A stretch of 54,023 bases of DNA from Betaproteobacteria bacterium (GCA_016199545.1 JACQGN010000114.1:1-54023); one strand, 5' to 3'; shown: positions 18,233-30,244, counted from the first letter of the stretch. Notes: generated from the letters alone by a model not told the origin. Translations and numbers: made by a program.

Positions 18233-18259
18233 GGCCCGGTCGGTGCGCGGGGCTTCGCG

Positions 18260-19576
<1,317 letters not shown>

Positions 19577-19747
19577 GATGAAGCGTTTGAACCCCTAGCA
19601 GCCAGTCGGACTCAACAGTTCGTACAGGCTGCCAACAACAAAACCGGCTGACATTTCGGAAGAACCCCCACCCGAAGCGGCCGAAGCTGACGGAAAGCAG
19701 GGGTAAATTCGCACGTCTGTCATCCTCTCTTGAATCTTGCGGGCGCT

Positions 19748-19792
19748 GGTCTTGCATTAGGAATTTGTCGGACGTAGGTCCGGCAAATTCCT
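19748..19792 (-). repeat. Hairpin + TAATGCAAGACC element, copy B
   Basis: The reverse complement reads AGGAATTTGCCGGAC-CTAC-GTCCGACAAATTCCT-AATGCAAGACC. It begins 7 nt after the phaR stop and lies about 170 nt upstream of rimO. Confidence 0.7.
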
Positions 19793-19798
19793 GGGGCG

Positions 19799-20377
19799 TC
19801 AGCCCTTGTCGGGTTCGTTATCACCCGGCTCGGGCTTCGCGCCGGTGAAGTTGGGAAACGGGAAGCTGCCGAACAGATTGCGGGTCTGGGCCTGGAGTTG
19901 CTGTTGCATTTCCATGAAGGCGTTGGCGCTTTGCTCCAGGTAGCGCCCCATGAGACCCTGGATCGCCGGCCCTTGCATCTTTACGAATTCCCCCCAGGCT
20001 TCCGAATTCAGTATGGGGTTCTGGCCATAGAGTTGGCGCGACTGATCCTGCAGCCGCTTCTGGATTTCAATGAAGGTCTGGATGTTTTTTTCCAGGTAGC
20101 TGCCCATCATGCCCTGCATGGCATTGCCGTAGAAGCGGATGATCTGGGACAGCATGTCGCTGGAGAACATCGGCGCACCTGCCGTCTCTTCCTCCAGAAT
20201 GATCTGCAGCAGGATGCTCCGCGTCAAATCCTCCTTGCTCTTTGCGTCTTCCACCCGGAATGCCACATGGTCAAGCACCAGTTTCTTTACATCTGCGAGC
20301 GTGATATAGCTGCTGGTCTCGGTATCGTACAGCCGCCGGTTGGGATATTTCTTGATGATTCTCGGCTCGGCTTTCAT
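19799..20377 (-). CDS. phaR: Polyhydroxyalkanoate synthesis repressor PhaR
   Basis: IIKKYPNRRLYDTETSSYITLADVKKLV is the PhaR N-terminal signature. The start is ATG 20377. Confidence 0.9.
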   Translation of the reverse strand: MKAEPRIIKKYPNRRLYDTETSSYITLADVKKLVLDHVAFRVEDAKSKEDLTRSILLQIILEEETAGAPMFSSDMLSQIIRFYGNAMQGMMGSYLEKNIQTFIEIQKRLQDQSRQLYGQNPILNSEAWGEFVKMQGPAIQGLMGRYLEQSANAFMEMQQQLQAQTRNLFGSFPFPNFTGAKPEPGDNEPDKG

Positions 20378-20534
20378 GACGGTTCCCCTGGCGCATCGGC
20401 AGTTGGCTATTATTCCAGAGTAGCTGCTGCAACGCAACTTAACAGACTGAAAAATATCGGTAATTCAAAGCGCTGCGAGCATGCCGCTCGCCATCACGCA
20501 ATGCACCATCCGGCGCCATCCTTCATGCACGCCG

Positions 20535-21278
20535 CTAAGACATGTGTTGCCCGCCGTTGATCGCGACATTGGCGCCGGTCATGAAGCCCGCTTCATCGCT
20601 GCAAATGTACACTACGAGGGCGGCCACCTCCTCCGGCTTGCCCAGCCGCCCCACCGGAATCTGCGGGATGATCTTGCTGTCGAGCACCTCCTTCGGCACC
20701 GCCAACACCATCTTGGTCCCGATGTAACCGGGCGACACCGTGTTCACCGTCACGCCCTTGCGCGCATACTCGAGAGCGAGCGTCTTGGTGAATCCGTGCA
20801 TGCCGGCTTTGGACGCCGAGTAGTTGGCTTGGCCGAACGCGCCTTTCTGGCCATTGACCGAGGACATGTTGATGATGCGGCCCCACCCGCGGTCCGCCAT
20901 GCCGTCGATCACCGGCTTGGTCATATTGAACACGCTGTCAAGATTGGTGTGCATCACCAAGTCCCACGCCGCCTTGTCCATCCTGCGAAACGACGCGTCC
21001 CGCGTCGTGCCCGCGTTGTTCACCAGAACGTCGACGGGGCCGATTTCCGACTGGATTTTCGCCACCGCCTTCTGGCACGCGTCGTAATCCGAAACGTTTA
21101 CCTCGACCGCGTCAAATTCGTACCCCTGTTGCTTCATGCCGGCCAGCCACTCGGCTGACTTCTTGTTGCCGGGCGAGTAGGTTGCCACGACCTTGAATCC
21201 CGCCGTGGCAAGGCGCATGCAGATGACTTCCCCGATGCCGCCCATGCCGCCGGTCACCACTGCGATACGTTGTGCCAT
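20535..21278 (-). CDS. phaB: Acetoacetyl-CoA reductase
   Basis: An SDR with TGGMGGIG, NNAGTTRD and YSASKAG, in a phaC-phaB-phaR context. Confidence 0.9.
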   Translation of the reverse strand: MAQRIAVVTGGMGGIGEVICMRLATAGFKVVATYSPGNKKSAEWLAGMKQQGYEFDAVEVNVSDYDACQKAVAKIQSEIGPVDVLVNNAGTTRDASFRRMDKAAWDLVMHTNLDSVFNMTKPVIDGMADRGWGRIINMSSVNGQKGAFGQANYSASKAGMHGFTKTLALEYARKGVTVNTVSPGYIGTKMVLAVPKEVLDSKIIPQIPVGRLGKPEEVAALVVYICSDEAGFMTGANVAINGGQHMS

Positions 21279-21330
21279 GACCTCTCCTTCTGTGAAGGTA
21301 AACGCAGCTTACCAGATGCCGGGTTCCGTC

Positions 21331-23070
21331 TCATGCCGGCGTGGCGGCCCGACGGATCGATTTTTCCCGCACGTAGCGCCCCGGCGCTGGCTCGATTTCC
21401 GTATCGGCGCCGCCACCCAGTTTGACGCGCGCTGCAACCATCTTGCCGCTGTGTTGAGCGAGCCAGGCGCTCCAGTGGCTCCACCAGCTTCCCGGACACG
21501 TCTGCGCGCTGGCAAGCCATTGTTCAGGATCCTCGGTCACGGACGTGTTGATCCAGTAATTGCGCCGCTTGCGCGCGGCCGGATTGATCACGCCCGCGAT
21601 GTGTCCGCTTGCCGCCAGCACAAACTCCGGTCTTCCGGGGAGCAGTCGCCTGCCGGCGTACGCCGTTTTCCACGGAACGATGTGATCTTCACGCGAGGCG
21701 AGGAAATACGCGGGCGCATCGATGGTTCCCAGATCGACCGGAACTCCGCACATGGTGAGCCGGTGGGGCACGCGCAGGTTGTTCTCCAGGTACATGTTGC
21801 GGAGGTAGTACACGTACATGGCGCCCGGCAGATCAGTGCTGTCGCTGTTCCAGTAAAGCAGGTCAAAGGGCTCGGGAGTCCTGCCCTTGAGGTAATTGTT
21901 GACCACATAGTTCCAGATGAGGTCGTTGGCGCGCAGACTGGCGAAGGTGAGCGCGAGTTCTCTGCCGTGCAGCACGCCCCCGTGGCGGAACTCCTGCTCC
22001 CGGCGGGAGACGTGGGCCTCGTCGATGAACACGCTCAATTCGCCGGTGTCGGAGTAGTCCAGCATGGTTGTGAGGAGGGTGACGCTCGCCGCTGGCGTGC
22101 GTGCGCCGTGGCCCGCCGCCGCGAGCGCGCTCGCGAGCAGGGTGCCTCCTACGCAGAAGCCGAGGGCATTGACGCGGTCGACGCCGCAAATCTCCTGCGC
22201 CAGCGCGAGCGCCTTGATGACGCCGTGCTCCAGATAGTCGTCCCACGTCGCCCGCCCCATCGACACGGGCATATTGCGCCAGGACACCATGAATACCGTA
22301 TGTCCCTCCTCCACGGCGAAGCGCACGAACGAGTTCTCGGGTTGCAGGTCGAGGATATAGAACTTGTTGATGCATGGCGGCACCATCAGCAGCGGCCGCT
22401 CGAACACCGCTGCCGTCGCGGGGCGGTACTGGATCAACTGCATGAAGTCGTTTTCGTAGATCACCGCGCCGGGCGTGACAGCAAGATTGCGGCCGACTTC
22501 GAACGCCTGCTCGTCGGTTATCGACACCAGTCCCGTGTCGAGATCGGCCGCTAGATTCTTCAGGCCCGATGCGAGGCTCTCGCCCCGGGTTTCGGCCGCG
22601 AGCCGGATCGCCTCGGGATTGCTCCACGGAAAGTTTGCGGGCGACAGGGCGTCGATCCACTGGCGAGAGAAGAAATCGAGCTTCCTCCTGGCGTGCGGGT
22701 CGAGCTTGGCGGCGTCGACGGTCTCGCGCAGCCATTGCGCCGCGAGCAGGTAGGACTCGGCGAGATAGTTGAAGTAGGGCAGGCGCCACTCTGCACCGCG
22801 GAACCTTCTATCCGCAGGCGCTGCAGCGCCCGCAACCGGTCGCGCCGGGTCCGCGGCAACCAGATTCGACCAGAGTTCGAGCTGTTTCCTGCTGTAACGT
22901 CGGTGCAGCTCGTGCCAGCGTTCCGGGTGCTGTGTGATGCCGGCTGCAAATGCCTCGAGCAACCCGGGGGCACCGCTCTCGTGCCCTTGCCACAATGGTC
23001 TGAGCGCTGCATCGAGCAGCATCCGGTTGAAGCGCGACAACGCTTCCGCGGCTTCAGGGTTGTCATCCAT
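21331..23070 (-). CDS. phaC: Class I poly(R)-hydroxyalkanoic acid synthase
   Basis: 579 aa with the lipase-box-like GFCVGGT and a PhaC N-terminal domain. Confidence 0.92.
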   Translation of the reverse strand: MDDNPEAAEALSRFNRMLLDAALRPLWQGHESGAPGLLEAFAAGITQHPERWHELHRRYSRKQLELWSNLVAADPARPVAGAAAPADRRFRGAEWRLPYFNYLAESYLLAAQWLRETVDAAKLDPHARRKLDFFSRQWIDALSPANFPWSNPEAIRLAAETRGESLASGLKNLAADLDTGLVSITDEQAFEVGRNLAVTPGAVIYENDFMQLIQYRPATAAVFERPLLMVPPCINKFYILDLQPENSFVRFAVEEGHTVFMVSWRNMPVSMGRATWDDYLEHGVIKALALAQEICGVDRVNALGFCVGGTLLASALAAAGHGARTPAASVTLLTTMLDYSDTGELSVFIDEAHVSRREQEFRHGGVLHGRELALTFASLRANDLIWNYVVNNYLKGRTPEPFDLLYWNSDSTDLPGAMYVYYLRNMYLENNLRVPHRLTMCGVPVDLGTIDAPAYFLASREDHIVPWKTAYAGRRLLPGRPEFVLAASGHIAGVINPAARKRRNYWINTSVTEDPEQWLASAQTCPGSWWSHWSAWLAQHSGKMVAARVKLGGGADTEIEPAPGRYVREKSIRRAATPA

Positions 23071-23088
23071 GGCGTCGGTGTACGCGCT

Positions 23089-23247
23089 TCATTGCGAGCC
23101 TGCCGCGCCGAGCAGTGTTCCAGCTGCATGGCTGATCAGCACGGGAATCCGTGCGATTTTTGCCGTGATGGCGAAGAGTGCCGCAGCCAGCGCCGAAAGC
23201 ACGCCGCGCAGCACGGTCGCGCAGGTGATCCACAAGAGGATGGTCAT
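23089..23247 (-). CDS. Possible small hydrophobic protein (52 aa)
   Basis: An unlisted ORF, MTILLWITCATVLRGVLSALAAALFAITAKIARIPVLISHAAGTLLGAAGSQ, lies 18 nt upstream of phaC. The RBS is weak. Confidence 0.25.
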   Translation of the reverse strand: MTILLWITCATVLRGVLSALAAALFAITAKIARIPVLISHAAGTLLGAAGSQ

Positions 23248-23352
23248 ATCATCGATGCTTGCGGGGTGGCGTATTGCGTCCCGGCGCGGGGCGGGAATCG
23301 CGAAGGAGCGCGCGGATTATACGCGAACCGCGCTTGCGCGAAGCCGCGGACG

Positions 23353-24084
23353 CTATGACTCGCGCCAGATGAGCGCCGCCATGCGCCCGGTGGTGCGCTC
23401 GCGCCGGTAGGAATAGAATCGCTCCGGGTTGGAGTAGGTGCATTGCACGCCGCCGTAGATCCGGGTTACGCCCGCTCGCGCAAGGGCCCGCCGCGCGAGC
23501 ATGTGCAGGTCGGCAAACCATTTGCCCGGACGATGGGGTGAGAACGCGGCTCCGGCTTCAGGATCTTCCGCGACAAATGCGTCGCGGACATCGGCGCCCA
23601 CTTCGTACGCCGTCGGGCCGATGCAGGGGCCGAGATAGGCCAGCACGTTGTCCGGCGCGGCGCCCATCGCCTGCACCGCGGCTTCTACAACGCCGGCCGC
23701 GAGACCGCGCCAGCCCGCGTGGGCCGCTGCGACGACGCTTCCCGAAGCATCCGCGAGCAGCACTGGCAGGCAATCCGCGATCATCACAGCGCAGACGGTT
23801 CCAGGCTGGCGCGCGACGCTGGCGTCCGCTTCCGGGGGCGTGGTGACCTCGTCGGCCACCACCACCCGTGATCCGTGCACCTGCTTCAGCCACCGCGGCT
23901 CCTGAGGCAGCAGGCCGCGCAAGCGGGTACGGTTCGCCGCAACCGCCTGCGGGTCATCACCAGTGCGCTGGCCGAGATTGAGACTCGCGAATTCTCCGCG
24001 GCTGGCGCCGCCCTTGCGGGTCGTGATTATCGCCCTGATCCGCTTCGGTGCAGGCCAGTCCGGCAGAATCCAGTCGGGATCCAA
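23353..24084 (-). CDS. pgeF: Peptidoglycan editing factor PgeF (YfiH / laccase-domain family)
   Basis: ...QVHGSRVV...ADCLPVLL...AHAGWRG... is the YfiH signature. It is downstream of rluD, as in E. coli. Confidence 0.88.
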   Translation of the reverse strand: MDPDWILPDWPAPKRIRAIITTRKGGASRGEFASLNLGQRTGDDPQAVAANRTRLRGLLPQEPRWLKQVHGSRVVVADEVTTPPEADASVARQPGTVCAVMIADCLPVLLADASGSVVAAAHAGWRGLAAGVVEAAVQAMGAAPDNVLAYLGPCIGPTAYEVGADVRDAFVAEDPEAGAAFSPHRPGKWFADLHMLARRALARAGVTRIYGGVQCTYSNPERFYSYRRERTTGRMAALIWRES

Positions 24085-24086
24085 GG

Positions 24087-25010
24087 TCAGTACGCAGCCT
24101 TCAACGCCGCCGTAAGCCGTAGCATGTCGGGAGGCGGCTCAACATGCCACGCGACCACGTCGCGGGTAGCGGGATGCGTCAGCTCGAGCCGTTCGGCATG
24201 CAATGCCTGACGATTGAACGAAATCCCGCTGGCGCTGCGTCTTGCGCCGTAGACCGGGTCGCCGACGAGCGGATGTCCGATCGAATGCAGGTGCACGCGT
24301 ATCTGATGCGTTCGACCTGATTCAAGGCGGCAGTGCAGCAGGGTCGCATGTGCGAGGTGCGCGATGACTTCGTAATGCGTGACCGCAGGTTTACCGCGGG
24401 CGATGACTGCCATCCGCGTGCGGCGCGTCGGGTGGCGTCCAATCGGCGCCTCAATCCTGCCCGAACGCGCGACATGGCCATGGACCACAGCGAGGTAGAT
24501 GCGTTTGACGCTACGCGCCTGGAGCTGGCGCACGAGGTCGGTGTGGGCCGCGAGCGTCTTCGCAATAACCAACAGCCCGCTCGTATCCTTGTCCAGGCGA
24601 TGCACGATACCGGCACGCGGGAGCTGCGCGAGCTGCGGCGCGTGCGCAAGCAATGCGTTGAGCAGGGTGCCGCGCCAGTTGCCGCTCCCCGGGTGGACCA
24701 CGAGCCCCGGGGGCTTGTTCACGACGAGCAGGGTATCGTCCTCGAACATCACCTCCAGCGGGAGGTGCTCGGCTTGCGGCGCGAGTCCGGCCGGATCGGG
24801 CGTCGGTGCGATGTTGACGCGCTCGCCGCCCCAGACCTTGTGCCGGGGGACGGCGCACACCCCGTTCAACGTAACCTGGTGCTCGTTAACCCAGTGCGCA
24901 AGCCGGCTGCGTGAAAGATCAGGCAACAACCGGGCGAGCGCCTGGTCTAACCGGAGTCCCGCACAGTCGACTGGTATGGTCAGATCGAAGGAGGCGGCGG
25001 CCTCCGGCAT
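24087..25010 (-). CDS. rluD: 23S rRNA pseudouridine synthase RluD
   Basis: It has an S4 domain plus HRLDKDTSGLLVIAKT and is divergent from bamD. I chose the start at ATG 25010 because the longer ORF would overlap the bamD start. Confidence 0.88.
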   Translation of the reverse strand: MPEAAASFDLTIPVDCAGLRLDQALARLLPDLSRSRLAHWVNEHQVTLNGVCAVPRHKVWGGERVNIAPTPDPAGLAPQAEHLPLEVMFEDDTLLVVNKPPGLVVHPGSGNWRGTLLNALLAHAPQLAQLPRAGIVHRLDKDTSGLLVIAKTLAAHTDLVRQLQARSVKRIYLAVVHGHVARSGRIEAPIGRHPTRRTRMAVIARGKPAVTHYEVIAHLAHATLLHCRLESGRTHQIRVHLHSIGHPLVGDPVYGARRSASGISFNRQALHAERLELTHPATRDVVAWHVEPPPDMLRLTAALKAAY

Positions 25011-25041
25011 TGCGTTATAATTTCGAAGGGATGATCGCTTC

Positions 25042-25842
25042 ATGAAGCACAGTTTAGTCACATTGGCGGCGTTATTGGCGATCGCGCTTGGCGGTTGCGG
25101 GTTGCTGCCCAGCGAAATCGACGAGACCCGCGGCTGGTCGGCGGCGAAGCTCTACTCGGAAGCGCGCTCCGCGCTCAACGACCGGAACTACGAAACTGCC
25201 ATCAAGTACTACGAAAAGCTCGAGGCGCGATTTCCCTACGGCCGCTACGCGCAGCAGGCGCAGATCGAGACGGCCTACGCTTATTACAAGGACGGCGAGC
25301 CCGTGTCCGTCATCGCTGCGGCCGATCGCTTCATCAAGCTGCATCCCAATCACCCCAGCGTGGACTACATGTATTACCTCCGGGGACTCGCCAACTTCAA
25401 CGATGATCTCGGCCTGTTTGGTTACGTCAGCGCGCAGGACATGACCGAACGCGATCCCAAGGCGGCCGTTGACGCGTTCGAGGCCTTCAAGAGCCTCGTC
25501 ACCCGGTACCCCGACAGCAAGTACACACCCGACGCGATCCAGCGCATGAACTATCTGGTCAACGCGCTGGCCGCTCACGAAGTGCACGTGGCGCGTTATT
25601 ACATGAAGCGTGGCGCGTTTGTCGCGGCGGCGAATCGTGCCCAGCACGCGCTCAAGACCTATCCGCAGGCTCCCGCCAACGAGGAAGGGTTGCTGATCAT
25701 GGTCAAGGCCTACGATGCGCTGGGCATGGCTGATCTGCGTAACGATGCCGAGCGCGTGATGCTCCAGAATTTCCCCAACAGCAAGTATCTGAAGGGCGGG
25801 GTGAGCCGCGACTATTCCTGGTGGCAGATCTGGAACTGGTGA
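25042..25842 (+). CDS. bamD: Outer membrane protein assembly factor BamD
   Basis: It has a lipobox (LALGGCG) and TPR-like repeats (AKLYSEARSALNDRNYETAIKYYEKLEARFPYGRYAQQAQ). Confidence 0.9.
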   Translation: MKHSLVTLAALLAIALGGCGLLPSEIDETRGWSAAKLYSEARSALNDRNYETAIKYYEKLEARFPYGRYAQQAQIETAYAYYKDGEPVSVIAAADRFIKLHPNHPSVDYMYYLRGLANFNDDLGLFGYVSAQDMTERDPKAAVDAFEAFKSLVTRYPDSKYTPDAIQRMNYLVNALAAHEVHVARYYMKRGAFVAAANRAQHALKTYPQAPANEEGLLIMVKAYDALGMADLRNDAERVMLQNFPNSKYLKGGVSRDYSWWQIWNW

Positions 25843-25866
25843 CGCGTCGCGCGGCCAGCACGCTGA

Positions 25867-25889
25867 ACGGCCGCGCACTGCGCGGCCGT
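25867..25889. terminator. Possible bidirectional terminator hairpin between convergent genes
   Basis: ACGGCCGCG-CACTG-CGCGGCCGT is a 9-bp GC stem. The T-run is weak (TTG). Confidence 0.4.
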
Positions 25890-25905
25890 TGTCAATCATC
25901 CCGCG

Positions 25906-26622
25906 CTAGTTCGCGACCAGCGCGCCTTCCACGACTTTGACCCGGTCGCCGACTCGGAACGCGGGCTGGCTTTCATAGGGGAAGCGCCGCGAGCCGCCGT
26001 CTTCCATGCGCACGACCACTTCGTAGCTCTTGCTCGACTTGACGTGCTTTTCGACCTGGTGCCCGGCGTATGCGCCGCCGGCGGCACCGGCGACGGTTGC
26101 AACCTTGCGGCCGGTGCCGCGCCCGACCTGGTTGCCGAGCAACGCGCCCGCGACACCACCGGCAATCGCGCCAAGACCGCTGCCTTCGCCTTGCTGTTCG
26201 CTTATATTGATGGCCTCGACGCTGCCGCAGTTGGTGCAGATCACCGGGCGCGCCGGCGGAGCAGTCGCCACTCGCGGGGCGTCGTATGCGGGGTCATAGG
26301 GACGTGCCACAGGTTGCGCCGGACGCTGATCGTAAGCGGGTTGGGCGGGCGCGGCGGCGGGGGTGCGCGCGACCCGACGCTCGGGGGCGGGCTGTTTTGC
26401 GACTTTGGGTTGTGGCTGCGCCGGCTGGACGGGTGCCGTCTGGACGGTGGCGGGCTGCGCCGGCGCCGCCGGAGGTGTGGCGACCGCCTCCGGTGCCGCA
26501 GGCGTGCTCTTGGAACTGGGGATATAGCCGGTCATTACGCCGACCCCGACGACGCTGAAAATGATCACTGCGATTGCTGCAATCGCGACCAACGGGTTGC
26601 TGCGGCTCTGAGTTTCGGACAT
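25906..26622 (-). CDS. Glycine-zipper 2TM domain protein (SlyB / 17-kDa-antigen-like) with Pro/Ala-rich linker
   Basis: It has an N-terminal TM segment, a PAAPAQP-type low-complexity region, and a C-terminal GAIAGGVAGALLGNQVGRGTGRKVATVAGAAGGAYAG glycine zipper. Confidence 0.75.
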   Translation of the reverse strand: MSETQSRSNPLVAIAAIAVIIFSVVGVGVMTGYIPSSKSTPAAPEAVATPPAAPAQPATVQTAPVQPAQPQPKVAKQPAPERRVARTPAAAPAQPAYDQRPAQPVARPYDPAYDAPRVATAPPARPVICTNCGSVEAINISEQQGEGSGLGAIAGGVAGALLGNQVGRGTGRKVATVAGAAGGAYAGHQVEKHVKSSKSYEVVVRMEDGGSRRFPYESQPAFRVGDRVKVVEGALVAN

Positions 26623-26775
26623 GGCGGATCTCCTCAGGTAATTGCATCCAGTGACGCTCCGTACCGATCGGCATCATAGCAGAAAACCTGCGTCTGAATG
26701 TGAAAAACCGCACATTGAAACAGACTGTTACAACCTGGTCGCTGCATGTTTTGAAGTGCGCTCCGGGAAGCGCCC

Positions 26776-28743
26776 TCATGCGGCAAGTTCGGGGAGGTTA
26801 CGGAAAAGGTCGAGCGCTTCTGGATTGGCGAGCGCTTCGATATTCGTGACCGGGCGCGCGTGGACGACGTCCCGTACCGCGAGTTCGACGATCTTGCCGC
26901 TGCGGGTGCGCGGGATGTCGGTCACCTGGACGATCTTCGCGGGAACGTGACGGGGACTCGCCTGCTCCCGGATACGTTGCCTGATCCTGTCGGTCAGCGC
27001 CGCGTCGAGGCTCAACCCGTCGCGCAACCGCACGAACAGCACCACGCGCACGTCGCCAGTGTGTCCGGGTGGCCAGTCCTGCCCGATCGCAAGGCTTTCC
27101 AGGACCTCGTCGAACTGCTCGACCTGGCGGTAGATCTCAGCGGTGCCGATACGCACGCCCCCGGGGTTGAGCACGGCGTCCGAGCGTCCGTAGATTATCA
27201 TGCCGTCGTGCGCGGTGCGTTCAACGTAATCGCCGTGGCACCACACGCCCGGAAACCGCTCGAAATAGGCGGCGCGGTAGCGGGCGCCATCCGGGTCGTT
27301 CCAGAAGCCAGTCGGCATGGAAGGAAACGGGGCGGTGCACACCAGTTCTCCGCGCCGTCCGCGCACGGATGTGCCTTCGTCGTCGAATACCTCCACCTTC
27401 ATGCCCAGCCCCCGGCACTGAATCTCTCCGCGCCACACCGGGAGCAGCGGATTGCCCAGCACGAAGCAGGATATGAGGTCCGTGCCGCCCGACATCGAAG
27501 CAAGTTGCACCTCCGGCTTGACGTCGCGATAGACGTAATCGAAAGCCTCTGGCATCAGGGGAGAACCGGTCGACAGGATGCTTTTCAGGGCGTCCAGCTT
27601 GTGCGTGAGGCGGGGTTTCAGCCCGAGCTTCGCGGCCGCATCCAGGTATTTCGCCGAGATGCCCAGTACCGTGATGTGTTCGCGTTCCGCGAGGTCGAAC
27701 AGGATGCCGCCACCCGCCGCGAACGGCGAGCCGTCGTAGAGCACCAGGGTGGCGCCCGAGGCGAGGCCGCTGGCGAGCCAGTTCCACATCATCCAGCCGC
27801 AGCTCGTGAAATAGAACAGGCGATCGCCGCGCCTGAGATCGACGTGGAGCTGGTGTTCCTTCAGGTGTTGCAGCAGGGTGCCACCCGCCCCGTGCACGAT
27901 ACACTTGGGGACACCGGTGGTGCCTGAGGAGTACATCACGTAGAGCGGGTGATCGAACGGCAGTGGCTCGAAGCGGATCCTGCCGGGGTGGAACGGCGCC
28001 ATGAATCGATGCACGTCGACCGCGCGCGGAAGATCGGCGAGTGGCGGCGCGCCGCGCGTGTAGGGCACGACGACGAGTTTCTCGACCGATGGCAAACCAG
28101 CGACGATCGCCTTGAGCCGCGGCAGCACGTCGATCGTCCTGCCGGCGTAGAAGTAGCCATCGGCGCTGATCAGTATCCGCGGCGCGATCTGGCCGAAGCG
28201 GTCAAGCACGCCCTGCACGCCGAAGTCCGGAGAACACGAAGACCATACCGCGCCGATGCTGGTGGCCGCGAGCATGGCAATGAGCGTGCCCGGCAGGTTG
28301 GGCATGTAGGCGGCGACCCGATCGCCGGGCACGATGCCCGCAGCGCGCAGCGCTTGTGCAAAGCGCGAAACTTCAGCGTGTAGCTCGCCATAGGTGATGT
28401 GGCTTTTCAGCCGCTCCTCGCCCCAGAACGCCACCGCCGTCGCATCGTCGCTTCGCCGCAGCAGGTTCTCCGCGAAGTTGAGCCGGGCACCGGGGAACCA
28501 GCGGGCGCCGGGCATGCGGTCGCCGTCGGCCAGCACCACGCCGCCACGCCGTTGCGCCTTGACGCCACAGAATTCCCAGACGGCCGACCAGAAATCCGCC
28601 CGTTCCGAAACCGACCACTCATGCAGGGCGGCGTAGTCTTCCACTCGCACGTCGTGCCGCGCGCGCACGTGGCGCATGAAGGCCGTAAGGTTGGAGGCGG
28701 CGGCCTGCTTGGGTGTGGGCCGCCACAGCGCCCGCTCAGTCAT
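26776..28743 (-). CDS. Acetoacetate-CoA ligase (acetoacetyl-CoA synthetase)
   Basis: 655 aa. The N-terminal region (...[18 protein letters not shown]...) and the AMP-binding motif [10 protein letters not shown] are typical of acetoacetyl-CoA synthetase. Confidence 0.88.
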   Translation of the reverse strand: MTERALWRPTPKQAAASNLTAFMRHVRARHDVRVEDYAALHEWSVSERADFWSAVWEFCGVKAQRRGGVVLADGDRMPGARWFPGARLNFAENLLRRSDDATAVAFWGEERLKSHITYGELHAEVSRFAQALRAAGIVPGDRVAAYMPNLPGTLIAMLAATSIGAVWSSCSPDFGVQGVLDRFGQIAPRILISADGYFYAGRTIDVLPRLKAIVAGLPSVEKLVVVPYTRGAPPLADLPRAVDVHRFMAPFHPGRIRFEPLPFDHPLYVMYSSGTTGVPKCIVHGAGGTLLQHLKEHQLHVDLRRGDRLFYFTSCGWMMWNWLASGLASGATLVLYDGSPFAAGGGILFDLAEREHITVLGISAKYLDAAAKLGLKPRLTHKLDALKSILSTGSPLMPEAFDYVYRDVKPEVQLASMSGGTDLISCFVLGNPLLPVWRGEIQCRGLGMKVEVFDDEGTSVRGRRGELVCTAPFPSMPTGFWNDPDGARYRAAYFERFPGVWCHGDYVERTAHDGMIIYGRSDAVLNPGGVRIGTAEIYRQVEQFDEVLESLAIGQDWPPGHTGDVRVVLFVRLRDGLSLDAALTDRIRQRIREQASPRHVPAKIVQVTDIPRTRSGKIVELAVRDVVHARPVTNIEALANPEALDLFRNLPELAA

Positions 28744-28759
28744 GCAGTCGGCCGCGCGG

Positions 28760-30244
28760 TCATTCGGGGCGCAGGTGGGGGAAAAGAATCACGTCGCGGA
28801 TCGAGGGACAATCCGTCATCAGCATCACTAGGCGGTCGATGCCGATGCCGGCGCCGGCACACGGCGGAAGCCCGTATTCGAGGGCGCGGATGTAATCGGC
28901 GTCGTAATGCATGGCCTCGGCATCGCCGGCGTCCTTCTTCGCCGCCTGCTCGCGGAAACGCGCCGCCTGGTCTTCCGGGTCGTTCAGTTCGGAGAAGCCG
29001 TTGGCGATCTCGCGGCCCGCGATGTAGAGCTCGAAGCGCTCGGTCATGCCGGGGTGCTTGTCGCTGCGCCTGGCGAGCGGCGAGGTTTCCGCCGGATAGT
29101 TGATGATGTAGGTCGGCTCGAACAGCACCTGCTCGGTGGTGTTTTCAAAGAGCGTCAACTGAAGGCCACCGATGCCGTCTGTCGCGCGGTACGCGATGCC
29201 ACGCGTGTTGAGCTGCGCGATCAGCGTCTCCCGGTCGCCCAGTACGGTATCGGTAAACTCGGGGTGGTATTTCGTGAGGGCTTCGGTAATGGTGAGTCGC
29301 TCGTACGGCCTGCTGAAGTCGAGGGTCTTTCCCTGGTAGGAAACCGTCGTGGTCCCGAGCGCCGCCTGCGCGACTTCTCGCAGCATCTGCTGCACCAACT
29401 CCATCATGAACTCGTAGTCCGCGTATGCCATGTAGAACTCCAACATGGTGAACTCGGGGTTGTGGCGCGTCGAGATGCCTTCGTTGCGGAAGTTGCGGTT
29501 GATCTCGAACACTTTTTCGAACCCGCCCACCACCAGCCGCTTCAGATACAGTTCCGGCGCGATGCGCAGATAGAGATCCATGTCGAGCGCGTTATGATGG
29601 GTGATGAACGGCCGCGCGGCGGCGCCGCCGGGGATGGGCTGCATCATCGGGGTCTCCACCTCCAGATAGCGCCGCCCCAGCAGAAAATTCCGCATCGCCT
29701 GAATGATGCGCGAGCGCTGGACGAATACGAGACGCGACTCCTCGTTCACGATCAGATCGACGTAACGCTGGCGGTACTTCAACTCCAGGTCGGTGAGGCC
29801 GTGGAACTTCTCCGGCAGGGGGCGCAGCGATTTCGTGAGCAGCCGCAAGTCCCTCACCCGCACCGTAACCTCGTCGGTCCGGGTCTTGAACAACACGCCG
29901 TTGACCCCGATGATGTCGCCGATATCGTAGTGCTTGAATGCTTCGTGCTGCTCCTTGCCGGGATAGCTGTCGGTAAGGTAGAGCTGGATCTGTCCGCTCA
30001 TGTCCTGGATGGTGGCGAAACTCGCCTTGCCCATGACGCGCTTCAGCACGATCCGTCCTGCGATCTTGACGATCACGGGATGGAGATCGAGCGTGTCGCG
30101 GTCGACCCTCTCGTATTTTTCAACGAGTTCGGCTGCAAGGTTCTGGCGCCAGAAGTCGTTGGGATAGGCGACGCCCTTCTCCCGCAACGCCTTCAACTTC
30201 GCGCGGCGCTCTTCGATGATCTGGTTGGTGTCGTCCATCAGCAT
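28760..30244 (-). CDS. lysS: Lysine--tRNA ligase (class II)
   Basis: ...[19 protein letters not shown]..., class II motifs (FRNEGIS..., [17 protein letters not shown]). It is immediately downstream of prfB. Confidence 0.93.
   Translation of the reverse strand: MLMDDTNQIIEERRAKLKALREKGVAYPNDFWRQNLAAELVEKYERVDRDTLDLHPVIVKIAGRIVLKRVMGKASFATIQDMSGQIQLYLTDSYPGKEQHEAFKHYDIGDIIGVNGVLFKTRTDEVTVRVRDLRLLTKSLRPLPEKFHGLTDLELKYRQRYVDLIVNEESRLVFVQRSRIIQAMRNFLLGRRYLEVETPMMQPIPGGAAARPFITHHNALDMDLYLRIAPELYLKRLVVGGFEKVFEINRNFRNEGISTRHNPEFTMLEFYMAYADYEFMMELVQQMLREVAQAALGTTTVSYQGKTLDFSRPYERLTITEALTKYHPEFTDTVLGDRETLIAQLNTRGIAYRATDGIGGLQLTLFENTTEQVLFEPTYIINYPAETSPLARRSDKHPGMTERFELYIAGREIANGFSELNDPEDQAARFREQAAKKDAGDAEAMHYDADYIRALEYGLPPCAGAGIGIDRLVMLMTDCPSIRDVILFPHLRPE

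Noticed and set aside
25016-25021. Perfect TATAAT hexamer 20 nt upstream of the bamD start as a promoter -10 box (a similar one lies at 13869-13874 upstream of the second MFS gene)
   Set aside because: No acceptable -35 element lies at 16-18 nt spacing in either case. A single hexamer match is too weak to call a promoter.
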